A DNA stretch of 64,000 nt from Bryobacteraceae bacterium (lineage in GTDB: Bacteria > Acidobacteriota > Terriglobia > Bryobacterales > Bryobacteraceae). Of the stretch, positions 37,110 through 44,951 are shown in pieces (within the stretch, counting starts at the first letter, position 1; each line of letters begins with the position of its first letter). The notes below the pieces were generated by a model that made no database searches, had not been told where the DNA came from, and saw nothing but the letters and a program-made list of their open reading frames with translations. A program made the position numbers and the translations under genes. The stretch spans positions 12,013-76,012 of the forward strand of contig JBEKAQ010000005.1 in the NCBI GenBank assembly GCA_050015835.1, given 5' to 3'.

Positions 37110-38366
37110 TTAAACGAACACGGTGGAGATATCGACCGCCGAGCGGTTTCCTTCCACCACCACGATGCCGCTTTCGGTGACGTGGTAGAGGCGCCGGTCC
37201 TGCTCTTCGTCGTAGCCGATAGTGGCGTCTTCGGGCACGCGCACGTTCTTGTCGAGTACAGCGCGCCGGATCTTCGCGCGCCTCCCGATATCGCAGTTAT
37301 CAAGGATCACGCTGTCCTCGACGGCCGCGCCCGCATGAATCCTCACGCCGCGCGCCAGAACGGAGTTTTTCACGCGTCCGCCGGACAGAATGCAGCCGCC
37401 GGAAACAATGGAATCGACCGCTTCGCCGCGCCGGTTCTGGTCGTCGAAGGTGAACTTCGCCGGTGGATCGGGGTAGCTGCTGGTGCGCAGCGGCCATTGG
37501 CGGTTGTAAAGATTGAGTGCCGGTTTGACGGACCGCAGATCCATGTTGGCTTCCCAGTAAGCGTCGATGGTGCCCACATCGCGCCAGTAGGAGCGCGCCT
37601 CGGGCGGGTCGCCGGGGATCTTATTGGTCTCGAAGTCGTAGGCATAGACCGCCTGCCGCTCACCGACCATGCGGGGCAGAATGTCGCGGCCGAAATCGTG
37701 AGTGCTGGCTTCGTCGGCCGCATCCTCCCGCAGCGCCTTGAGCAGCGTGCGGGTGGAGAAAAGGTAGTTGCCCATGGATGCGTAGACATGCTCCGGATTG
37801 CTTTGGATGGTCGGCGAGTGAGGATTCTTTTCATGAAACGCCAGAACGCGATTGTCCTCGCCGGCCTCGATCACGCCGAACTCGTGCGCGTATTTCCTGT
37901 GCACCGGAATGGCCGCGATGGAACAGGCCGCATTGAGATTCTCGTGGAACTCGATCATGTGCGCGATATTCATGCGATAGATATGATCGGCCCCGAAGAT
38001 CGCCACCACGTGCGGCTCCGCCTGTTCGATGAGATTCATGTTCTGATAAATGGCGTCGGCCGTTCCCTGGTACCAGGTTTCGCCCGCCGAGCGCATCTGG
38101 GCCGGCACCGGGATGATGAACTGGTTCTTGAGAATCCCGCCGGTCTGCCACCCTTCGTTGAGGTGCTGCAGCAAACTCTGGCTGCGGAACTGCGTCAGCA
38201 CGTAGATGGAGTAGATGCCCGAATTGATGAAATTACTGAGCACAAAATCGACAATTCGATACTTGCCGCCGAACGGAACGGCAGGCTTGGCGCGCTCCTT
38301 GGTCAGTGGGTAAAGCCGGGTTCCCTTGCCTCCGGCGAGGATGATTCCGAGCACGCGCAATCGCAT
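37110..38366 (-). CDS. glgC: glucose-1-phosphate adenylyltransferase
   Basis: N-terminal ILAGGKGTRLYPLTKERAKPAVPFGG, then a WYQGTADA block and a C-terminal left-handed beta-helix region. Confidence 0.92.
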   Translation of the reverse strand: MRLRVLGIILAGGKGTRLYPLTKERAKPAVPFGGKYRIVDFVLSNFINSGIYSIYVLTQFRSQSLLQHLNEGWQTGGILKNQFIIPVPAQMRSAGETWYQGTADAIYQNMNLIEQAEPHVVAIFGADHIYRMNIAHMIEFHENLNAACSIAAIPVHRKYAHEFGVIEAGEDNRVLAFHEKNPHSPTIQSNPEHVYASMGNYLFSTRTLLKALREDAADEASTHDFGRDILPRMVGERQAVYAYDFETNKIPGDPPEARSYWRDVGTIDAYWEANMDLRSVKPALNLYNRQWPLRTSSYPDPPAKFTFDDQNRRGEAVDSIVSGGCILSGGRVKNSVLARGVRIHAGAAVEDSVILDNCDIGRRAKIRRAVLDKNVRVPEDATIGYDEEQDRRLYHVTESGIVVVEGNRSAVDISTVFV

Positions 38367-38373
38367 GGCAAGG

Positions 38374-39411
38374 CTATTGTGTCAACAAGAGGTCCGGGTT
38401 CGCAACAGCATTCGCAAGGTGTCCGCCGCTTTGGCGCAATCGCCACAGACCGACGAGGCCCCAGAACGTGATTACGACGTAAGTGGACGCCTGCAACAGC
38501 AGAATATAGGCGATCGCATCGGTCCGCGCGATGCCGAACGGCGTAAGCACGCTCACTGCTACAAACTGGTAAATTCCAACGTATCCCGGAGTCGATGGCA
38601 GGGCGCTCCCAAGGCCCAGGCCGGTGATGAGCAGAAAGGCGATCGGAATATTGAGTGCGAGTCCCATGGCGCGGCCGACGAAGATGGCGCCGGTGGCATC
38701 GATGCACCAGATTACGATGGTCAGGCCGAGGAAACCGGCCATCCTCCCCGGATCGTGAAAACTGCGGATGCCGTGTACGATCTGCCCGATCAGATGCGCG
38801 AGTTTCTTGTTGAGGCCATCGGGTAAAGCCACCCGTGACAGCAGCCGCAGCGCCAAAGGCTCGAGCCAGGGCAGAACCGCGATGGCCACCACGGCGCCGA
38901 TGCCCGCAATGGCGAACGGCTTCGCCGCACTGGCCAGCCAACCGGGCTGCGAGGGAAGAGTCAGAAGCACCAGCGCGCTGATGGTGACGAGCGCAATGGC
39001 ATCCGCCATTCTCTCCGACAGCGCCGTAGTCAGGACGAAGGCCTTACCCAGACCGGCGCGCGCGCCGATCATCATGGTACGCACCACTTCCCCGGCGCGG
39101 GCGGGAAGAAAGTTGTTGCCGAAATAGCCCGCCGCGGTGGCCCAGAATGCGGTGGAGATCCTGACGTCACCCGCCGCGCGGAGCAGGATGCGCCAACGGT
39201 AAGCGCGCAAGAACAGGGCGGTGCTGGCCAGCAGGCAAATGGCCCCCAACCAGGACAGGTGCGCGGTGCCGAGGATTAAGCCGACCCTGCGCCACTCGAT
39301 CCCGCGCAGCGAATAGTACAGGAGCACCGCGGCGAGCGCAATGGATCCGGCGGTGACGGCAATCTTCAGGCCATGACGCTTCGTGGAGGTTTCCGGCGGG
39401 GCCGCGATCAC
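38374..39411 (-). CDS. flippase-like / lysylphosphatidylglycerol-synthase TM-region (UPF0104) family membrane protein
   Basis: About 8 TM helices with the typical N-terminal pattern YYSLRGIEW... Confidence 0.65.
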   Translation of the reverse strand: MIAAPPETSTKRHGLKIAVTAGSIALAAVLLYYSLRGIEWRRVGLILGTAHLSWLGAICLLASTALFLRAYRWRILLRAAGDVRISTAFWATAAGYFGNNFLPARAGEVVRTMMIGARAGLGKAFVLTTALSERMADAIALVTISALVLLTLPSQPGWLASAAKPFAIAGIGAVVAIAVLPWLEPLALRLLSRVALPDGLNKKLAHLIGQIVHGIRSFHDPGRMAGFLGLTIVIWCIDATGAIFVGRAMGLALNIPIAFLLITGLGLGSALPSTPGYVGIYQFVAVSVLTPFGIARTDAIAYILLLQASTYVVITFWGLVGLWRLRQSGGHLANAVANPDLLLTQ

Positions 39412-39572
39412 GCCCTTTATGATGGCAGGTTAACGCCCCCGGCCGGAAGTAGACTTTGGGTAATCTTCCGACGCGATGACCCGGGCAGTCGCGCCCGATA
39501 GTTGAAACCGCCGCCAAACCCGCCGCTAACATGAGCGCCGCAAGACATTCTCCGTCCATGACCCCTTCTTAG

Positions 39573-39597
39573 GGCAATTATATAGTTGGCTAAAGTT
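39573..39597. repeat. IS left terminal inverted repeat
   Basis: GGCAATTATATAGTTGGCTAAAGTT. Confidence 0.85.
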
Positions 39598-39862
39598 ACG
39601 CGGCTCTATGGGGTGGAACTTGGCGTAGCGCGATGTCGCCACACGACGTGCAGCGTGCGACATGGCTTTGTGGTGCGAAGTTCCCATGCTCGCCTTCGCA
39701 AAATCCGCGATGGCATGTTGCACAGTAGCGCAATGTGAGGCGTATGCGCCGAAACGCATTCTGACATATTCGGCACGGCACCCAGATTCCTCCAGATATC
39801 TTCTGGCGGTCGTTTTGGCTTGGATCGAACTCACTCAGATCGGTTGGCACAGCAGGGGACAT
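39596..39862 (-). CDS. Cys-rich small protein (putative zinc ribbon), IS passenger
   Basis: Three CxxC pairs (CRIC, CATC, CTSC). A GGAAAGG Shine-Dalgarno lies 6 nt before the ATG. The gene starts 14 nt after the upstream stop, and its stop codon lies inside the left inverted repeat. Confidence 0.45.
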   Translation of the reverse strand: MSPAVPTDLSEFDPSQNDRQKISGGIWVPCRICQNAFRRIRLTLRYCATCHRGFCEGEHGNFAPQSHVARCTSCGDIALRQVPPHRAA

Positions 39863-39876
39863 AGTAGCCTTTCCGT

Positions 39877-40068
39877 TCAGGCGGGTTTCTTCGCCCGCCT
39901 CCGCGCCCGCGACCGCTTCTCCTGCGCTTCCGCCTTCAGCACGGCTTCCTTCGAGACCGTCAGCGATGCGCGGACGCCACGGTCGAACCTGTCGAACTGA
40001 TCGGGCCGTTCGCAGCGCAGCGCGAGAGCGGCGATGGTTTCGGCTTGCGTCGGTGTTGGTTTCGTCAC
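39877..40068 (-). CDS. small basic-tailed hypothetical protein, IS passenger
   Basis: 63 aa with a GTG start 7 nt after the upstream stop. The C-terminus is a lysine/arginine-rich tail (KRSRARRRAKKPA). Confidence 0.45.
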   Translation of the reverse strand: MTKPTPTQAETIAALALRCERPDQFDRFDRGVRASLTVSKEAVLKAEAQEKRSRARRRAKKPA

Positions 40069-40075
40069 TGTTACC

Positions 40076-40381
40076 TCAAAACGGGGCGCAATCGTCGCCC
40101 GCTACTTCCCCGCCAAGCAGTCGAACTTCTTTGTCCGAACAGGTGAAGAAAACTCGTAGTGCCGGTAGATCTGAAGTATTCACGGTTTTAGCCATAGAAA
40201 GATGCGTTCCAGGGAGCATCTCGAATTCCTCTGGAGAACGCGCCAACGCAAAAATCAAAGCTTCCATAACCTCATCGATACGCTTATAGGACACCTTCAG
40301 CGACTTCAGGAGATCTGTGAATTCCGGCTCCTCGCGAACCGTCCGTAGGTTAAGCGATGACAAGGTTATGGCTTTTCGCAA
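40076..40381 (-). CDS. hypothetical 101-aa protein, candidate toxin partner of the Panacea-domain gene
   Basis: TTG start overlapping the last 32 nt of the upstream DUF4065 gene. The C-terminal LPALRVFFTCSDKEVRLLGGEV resembles RelE/ParE-type terminal strands, but this is only an inference. Confidence 0.5.
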   Translation of the reverse strand: MRKAITLSSLNLRTVREEPEFTDLLKSLKVSYKRIDEVMEALIFALARSPEEFEMLPGTHLSMAKTVNTSDLPALRVFFTCSDKEVRLLGGEVAGDDCAPF

Positions 40382-40916
40382 ACCGAAGGCCTCTCTGTTT
40401 GTCTTCTGCCGTCAGCGGTTGGCTGGACAAAAATACCGTCGCATAAGGTATTGTTTCGTTGTCGCGCGCCACTATCCAGCCCATCATTCGATGGCTCAAC
40501 TCGCTGGCTGTTTCCGCATTGGCCATCGCGAGCCCTTCGATCACCTGATCTACTTGGGCGATTTCCTCCGCCGAGAAAACGGAAAGGTCTGGTCGTCTAA
40601 GATTGACCGTCCGATGCTGGATGTTTCCGTTCCGGAGGGATTTGGCCTGTATGCCCAAGATGCCCTCCTTGAGCATCTTGGCCCTAATCGGCAAGAGTTT
40701 TCTTGGGCACGGACCATTCGGAAGCTTCTGGTATTCAAAACCAGTGATTGGACTCCCAGTATTCCCATAGTGGTAGAAATCTGAGAAGTACAGTATTTTG
40801 TTTAACTTAGTAGCGCCAAATGTGGGATCATCGGCGCATTTCTGGCTGATGTAGAGGATTAGTTCTCGGAACTTTCGCTCATCCTCTGCGTGTTGATGTC
40901 GTGTCGTCGTTGGCAT
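40350..40916 (-). CDS. Panacea (DUF4065, SocA-like) domain protein, antitoxin-type
   Basis: TKLNKILYFSDFYHYGNTGSPITGFEYQKLPNGPCP matches the DUF4065 core pattern (KLxKLLYf...G.P.t...y....GP). A Shine-Dalgarno GAGAGGA lies upstream. Confidence 0.75.
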   Translation of the reverse strand: MPTTTRHQHAEDERKFRELILYISQKCADDPTFGATKLNKILYFSDFYHYGNTGSPITGFEYQKLPNGPCPRKLLPIRAKMLKEGILGIQAKSLRNGNIQHRTVNLRRPDLSVFSAEEIAQVDQVIEGLAMANAETASELSHRMMGWIVARDNETIPYATVFLSSQPLTAEDKQRGLRFAKSHNLVIA

Positions 40917-41076
40917 TTTTGGTGTCCTCTCTTTCCATTATGGCGAAGAAAAGGAGAAGATCGCTACAACAGGAGAACGCAATTGCTTATTATGTTACAT
41001 CTATCCGCAGTGGAAAAGTGTGGGACCAGAAAGGATTTTAACGTTTCCCACGTAAAGGTTTACGATACGGAAGCTT

Positions 41077-42042
41077 TCACGGCTGCGCTTCCATCGTCTT
41101 GCCGGTAAGTTGATCGTACATGATCCGCTTGCCGACGATCCCGCGCACGGCGATGTCAAAGCGCTCTGCGTCCGTCATGTGGCGATTATTGAACCGGTAC
41201 GTTTGCTCATCCAGGTATCGGAACAAGTGGAACGGCTCGACCGAAACGTATGTCCCGTGAAGGCTGCGCTTCAGCAGCGACCAGAAGTTTTCGCAGCCAT
41301 TCGTGTGGCAGGTGTCTTTCACGTACTCTACTGCGTGGTCCACAACCTGATGCTTGAATTCGTCCAAACCCTCATACGACTTCAGAGAGTCCGTATAGAT
41401 CGCCGATCCGGCCTGAACATGCTCACGGACTTCAGCCTGAAGCGCTTTTTTCCGGCGGTTCGCAACCACCTTCGTGCGTATCTGGCTGGGCCTTCCATCC
41501 TTCCCACGTTCCAGAATCCCCATGACCATAGTTTTATCCTTGCCGCCAGTACCCGTGATCTTCCGCGCCCTCACGTCCTTGTGCATATTCCGGGCCTTCT
41601 GCCCGATGAACGTCTCGTCTGCCTCGACTTCGCCGGTCAGTTTATCAGGTGTCGCGAGACCGAACGATAACCGAATCCGATGGTCCAGAAACCACGCCGT
41701 CTTCTGTGTAATGTTCAGCGCCCGCGCGATTTCGCATGAACTGATGCCGTTCTTGCAGTTGGTAATCAGCCAGGTTGCCGTGAGCCACTTGTCCAGGCCG
41801 AGCGGACTTTCCTCGTAGATCGTTCCAGTCTTCAGGGAGAACTGCTGTTTCGGGTGCTGGTTCGGGCACCACCAGCGGTTCTGATTCGCCAGGAACTTCA
41901 CTTCCTTGCAGCCGCAAGTGGGGCAGGTTACGCCATCCGGCCAGCGCCGCCGCACCAAGTAGTCACGGCAGTTGTCAGGATTGGCGAAGTAAACGATGGC
42001 TTCCTGAAGGCTGATCGGCTCTGGACTTGTTGCTCTTTCCAT
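41077..42042 (-). CDS. IS1595-family transposase
   Basis: N-terminal transposase zinc ribbon (RRRWPDGVTCPTCGC...WWCPN). The DDE_Tnp_IS1595 region contains DETFIGQKARNMH, IYTDSLKSYEGL, HTNGCENFWSLLKRSLHGTY and RFNNR. Confidence 0.92.
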   Translation of the reverse strand: MERATSPEPISLQEAIVYFANPDNCRDYLVRRRWPDGVTCPTCGCKEVKFLANQNRWWCPNQHPKQQFSLKTGTIYEESPLGLDKWLTATWLITNCKNGISSCEIARALNITQKTAWFLDHRIRLSFGLATPDKLTGEVEADETFIGQKARNMHKDVRARKITGTGGKDKTMVMGILERGKDGRPSQIRTKVVANRRKKALQAEVREHVQAGSAIYTDSLKSYEGLDEFKHQVVDHAVEYVKDTCHTNGCENFWSLLKRSLHGTYVSVEPFHLFRYLDEQTYRFNNRHMTDAERFDIAVRGIVGKRIMYDQLTGKTMEAQP

Positions 42043-42065
42043 GCTTTAATTATAGGGCTTGGAGC

Positions 42066-42090
42066 AACTTTAGTCAACTATATAATTGCC
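42066..42090. repeat. IS right terminal inverted repeat
   Basis: AACTTTAGTCAACTATATAATTGCC, the reverse complement of the left repeat apart from one G/A difference. Confidence 0.85.
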
Positions 42091-42098
42091 CTTCTTAG

Positions 42099-42446
42099 CC
42101 CTTTGGAGGTGGGCTTCCGGAACACCAGAGAATTGCCTTGAATTCGTTGAATGGTGGATGCCCGGAATAACCAGGCTGGCGCTTTCCGGGCGGCCAGCGC
42201 CAGGCTAAACGAAAGCGGCGACGGGGACTCCGCGACCTTCTATCTCCAGCAACTGTGATTCCTGCGCGCAAGTTTCCTGCCCGCAAGGTTCTGCCGGCAT
42301 CGGATGTTCCGGGGCTGAGCGGCACTTCGTACCCGGCTTCCTCTGCCTTCCTGAGTAGTTCTCCGTTTTCAGGTTCATGCCAGCCAATCCGCTCCAACGA
42401 CGAGATCAGGGAAGTCTTCGACGTGACGCTGGAGGAAGCGCCTCAT
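42099..42446 (-). pseudogene. decayed remnant of a small PIN-like (Mut7-C/DUF5615-type) gene
   Basis: Recognisable pieces lie in different minus-strand frames: RIGWHEPENGELLRKAEEAGYEV in one and RNIRCRQNLAGRKLA in another. An upstream ATG-initiated piece terminates after 23 codons. Confidence 0.35.
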
Positions 42447-42511
42447 GAGCGAGCGGCGGCTTCCATCGAAATCCCCCGCCGCCGGGCCGCTTTGTGATAG
42501 CGTACGGCGGT

Positions 42512-42850
42512 ATGAAGAAATGCATGCTCTTACTGGCGCTCGCCGGCGCTTATTTTGCCGGGCGCGCCGATGTCTCCCGCAACATGAAGCTCGAGAACGC
42601 GCGCGTCCGCGTTACGCAAGTCGACTACCAGCCGGGCAAGCCCCGCGAGAAATCGATCCGACCCGCCGATCAGGTGATCGTATTTCTCGACGACTCACGC
42701 TATGAACGGATCGATCCGGACACCGGAGCGAAGGAAATCCGGACCAGAAAATCGGGCGACGTCATCTGGCATAACAAAGGCGAAGTCGCTCCCGTCCTCA
42801 CCAATGTCGGTGCGAAGACATACCGCGAGTTGGTCATCGATCTCAAATAA
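42512..42850 (+). CDS. small secreted cupin-like protein
   Basis: Signal peptide MKKCMLLLALAG. A single beta-rich domain ends RELVIDLK, a pattern typical of small cupin proteins. Confidence 0.5.
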   Translation: MKKCMLLLALAGAYFAGRADVSRNMKLENARVRVTQVDYQPGKPREKSIRPADQVIVFLDDSRYERIDPDTGAKEIRTRKSGDVIWHNKGEVAPVLTNVGAKTYRELVIDLK

Positions 42851-42869
42851 CCACTTCGAGTTGAAATAG

Positions 42870-44309
42870 TCACTTCCAGTTGACGGCGAGATTGACAAAC
42901 GAGCCCAGCGGTATTCCCGTCGGCCCTTTGGCCATGAACGGCTTGGGGTCGTCGAGCCACGCGGTTCCAGCCACATCCAGATGGACCCAGGGTGTGTCGC
43001 CGGCGAATTCCTTCAGGAACATGGCCGCGCTGCACGCGCCTCCCCAGCGGCCCCCGATGTTCTGGATATCCGCGTAGACCGTTTTGAGCAGATCGCGATA
43101 CTCGTCGTCGAGGGGCATGTGCCACATCTTTTCGCCCGCTTCTTTGGCGGCGTTCATCCAGCGTTCGAGCAACGCTTCGTCGCTCGCGAACACGCCTGAA
43201 CTGGTGTGGCCCAGCGCCACTACGATGGCTCCGGTCAGCGTCGCGGCGTCCACCAGATGCGTACATCCAAGCTGCTTCGCATAGGTGATCGCATCCGCCA
43301 GGATCAGGCGGCCTTCGGCGTCGGTGTTGAGGATTTCGATGGTTTTTCCGGAGAGCGAGGTGACGATATCGCTGGGGCGCAGCGCGCGGCCGCCCGGCAT
43401 GTTCTCGACGGCCGGAATAACGCCGGTAACCCTGATGGGCGGCTTCAATTTCGCGATCGCCTGCATGGCGCCGATCACGGCGGCGCCGGCGGCCATGTCG
43501 TATTTCATCTTCTCCATGCCATCGGCCGGTTTGATGGAAATCCCGCCGGTGTCGAAGGTGACGCCCTTGCCGATCAGGCCCAAATGCGCACTTCCCACCG
43601 CATTCTCCGGCTTGTATTCGATCACGATCAGGGCCGGAGGCTCGGCGCTCCCCATCGCCACCCCGAGCAGCGCGCCCATGCCAAGTTGCCGCATGCGATC
43701 CCGATCGAGCACCTCGCAGGAAAGCCCGGCTTCCTGCGCCATAGCCCGGGCTCGCGCCGCCATGGTGGTCGGTGTCAGCTTGTTCGGCGGCTCTACCGCG
43801 ATATCCCGCGCCAGGTTCAGGGCGTTGGCGATGACGATGCCGCGATGGAGCGCAATCTGCAACGCCGGGTCGTCGCTCGGCACCACGATACTGACGGAAT
43901 CGATGGATTTGGCAGGTTCTTTGTCCGTCTTGTATTGGTCCGGCTCCCAGGCGCCGGTCAGAACGCCCTCGGCGATCACCGCGACGAACGCGGGATCCGC
44001 GGCAATGGCCACGTCCTTTACGCCCTTGCCCTTCAGAAACCGGATGGCCGCGGCCGCCAGCTTCAGAACCCCCGCCGCGTCCAGCTTTTCAGGTTTGCCG
44101 GAACCGGCCACCAGCACCCGGCGCGCCGCGAAGCCTTCCACCCCGTGTAAGAGCGTAAACTCGAGGAACTTTCCACTGATCTCGCCCGATTCGTACAGCG
44201 CGTCCAGCGGCTTAGCGAGATCGGCGCGCCTGCCTCCCTCCGTCTCGAAGAGAATCAGAGCGTCCGTCTCGATCGCCGGGATCTCCTGCCGAACCAGCTT
44301 CAGTTCCAT
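42870..44309 (-). CDS. pepA: leucyl aminopeptidase (M17)
   Basis: M17 catalytic block NTDAEGRLILADA plus VGKGVTFDTGGISIKP. The start is taken at MELKLVRQ, because the longer ORF extension is Arg/Pro-rich. Confidence 0.9.
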   Translation of the reverse strand: MELKLVRQEIPAIETDALILFETEGGRRADLAKPLDALYESGEISGKFLEFTLLHGVEGFAARRVLVAGSGKPEKLDAAGVLKLAAAAIRFLKGKGVKDVAIAADPAFVAVIAEGVLTGAWEPDQYKTDKEPAKSIDSVSIVVPSDDPALQIALHRGIVIANALNLARDIAVEPPNKLTPTTMAARARAMAQEAGLSCEVLDRDRMRQLGMGALLGVAMGSAEPPALIVIEYKPENAVGSAHLGLIGKGVTFDTGGISIKPADGMEKMKYDMAAGAAVIGAMQAIAKLKPPIRVTGVIPAVENMPGGRALRPSDIVTSLSGKTIEILNTDAEGRLILADAITYAKQLGCTHLVDAATLTGAIVVALGHTSSGVFASDEALLERWMNAAKEAGEKMWHMPLDDEYRDLLKTVYADIQNIGGRWGGACSAAMFLKEFAGDTPWVHLDVAGTAWLDDPKPFMAKGPTGIPLGSFVNLAVNWK

Positions 44310-44322
44310 CAATGACCTTTCT

Positions 44323-44799
44323 TTAGTTGCGGGCTTTGCTCTCGCGCACGGCCGCGCGCGCCTCGGCTTCCTCAGTCTTAGCCCGCTCGGTTTCGCGCTT
44401 GTCGTGAAGCTTCTTGCCCTTGGCCAGGGCAATCTCGCATTTTATCCTGCCGTTTTTAAGATAGAGCCGCGTGGGAATCAGGGACAAGCCTTTTTCCCGC
44501 GTGGCAACCTGCATCTTATCGATTTCGCGCCGGTGCAGCAATAACTTCCGCGATCGCACCGGGCTGTGGTTGAAGCGATTGCCGTGGCTGTACTCGCTGA
44601 TGTGCGCATTGAGGAGCCAGGCCTCATGATCCTCGACCGAAGCGTAGGCGTCGCGTAACTGAACTTTACCCGCTTTGGCCGCTTTGACTTCCGTGCCCGT
44701 GAGCGCGATGCCAGCCTCGTACCGATCCAGCAGGAAGTAGTTGTGGCCCGCCTGGCGATTGTCGCTCAAAATCTTCGACGGATCGTATTGTGTCGCCAA
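44323..44799 (-). CDS. smpB: SsrA-binding protein SmpB
   Basis: Blocks [19 protein letters not shown] and [10 protein letters not shown], with a basic C-terminal tail. TTG start preceded by GAGGAGAAAGA. Confidence 0.9.
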   Translation of the reverse strand: MATQYDPSKILSDNRQAGHNYFLLDRYEAGIALTGTEVKAAKAGKVQLRDAYASVEDHEAWLLNAHISEYSHGNRFNHSPVRSRKLLLHRREIDKMQVATREKGLSLIPTRLYLKNGRIKCEIALAKGKKLHDKRETERAKTEEAEARAAVRESKARN

Positions 44800-44800
44800 T

Positions 44801-44905
44801 CTTTCTCCTCAACGCCCGGATACCGCTGCGCGTCACTTTCTCCTCAACGCCCGGATGCCGCTGCGCGTCACTTTCTCCTCAACGCCCGGATGCCGCTGCG
44901 CGTCA
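44801..44905. repeat. 3 x 35-bp perfect-register tandem direct repeat
   Basis: The unit is CTTTCTCCTCAACGCCCGGAT[A/G]CCGCTGCGCGTCA, at 44801-44835, 44836-44870 and 44871-44905. Copies 2 and 3 are identical and copy 1 differs by one base. On the minus strand each unit contains GAGGAGAAAG. Confidence 0.9.
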
Positions 44906-44951
44906 ACCATTTTGATGATAGATCAGATCGCCGGTGGCTGCCAAAGTTAAC

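Larger units (their letters stand above)
39573..42090 (-). mobile_element. IS1595-family insertion sequence carrying passenger genes
   Basis: 25-nt terminal inverted repeats with one mismatch, flanked by identical 8-bp direct repeats CTTCTTAG (39565-39572 and 42091-42098). The interior is visibly more AT-rich than the flanks and encodes an IS1595-type transposase. Confidence 0.88.

Noticed and set aside
39526-39834. A 102-aa minus-strand ORF overlapping the Cys-rich passenger ORF.
   Set aside because: It reads across the IS left inverted repeat and target duplication into flanking DNA. It would therefore be a chimeric frame created by the insertion, and it has no Shine-Dalgarno or motif.
44801-44905. 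The tandem repeat considered as a CRISPR array.
   Set aside because: The units are directly adjacent with no spacers, there are only three copies, and no cas genes are nearby.
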